Of a stretch of 64,000 nt of DNA, positions 63,993-64,000 are shown piece after piece (the first letter of the stretch is position 1; each line of letters starts with the position of its first letter). This stretch comes from Chiloscyllium plagiosum (Eukaryota). The translations under genes and the position numbers were made by a program. Below the pieces are notes generated by a model. That model searched no databases, was not told where the DNA came from, and saw nothing but the letters and a program-made list of their open reading frames with translations. The DNA lies in the NCBI RefSeq assembly GCF_004010195.1, contig NC_057720.1:11363370-11427369 (forward strand), given 5' to 3'.

Positions 63993-64000
63993 ACGACAAC

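Overview
Vertebrate genomic DNA, almost certainly from a cartilaginous fish and probably a carpet or bamboo shark (inferred from HE1/V-SINEs ending in TAATCTAATCT, HER1-type CR1 LINEs with (TTCTATG)n tails and SacSINE1-like DeuSINEs). The window is a repeat-dominated intergenic or intronic region with no host gene I can name; most ORF-track entries are transposon fragments or antisense shadows. It contains a 34-bp minisatellite; a decayed Gmr1-like Gypsy LTR retrotransposon (SCAN-type gag, then PR-IN-RT order) carrying a nested L1 with an intact TSD; more than ten CR1 copies, several nested; Rex1, L2 and a second Gypsy fragment; several SINE families; possible solo LTRs; and two assembly gaps (7330-7554, 13474-13945). 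The most interesting signal is a dense population of Penelope-like-element termini carrying minimal hammerhead-ribozyme cores (CUGAnGA-stem II-GAAA-NUH). Many occur as 90-270 bp, often palindromic mini-elements flanked by 10-15 bp target-site duplications. There is also a ~200-bp inverted duplication and a few weak exon candidates. Boundaries of old repeats are approximate and family names come from motif recognition, not database searches.
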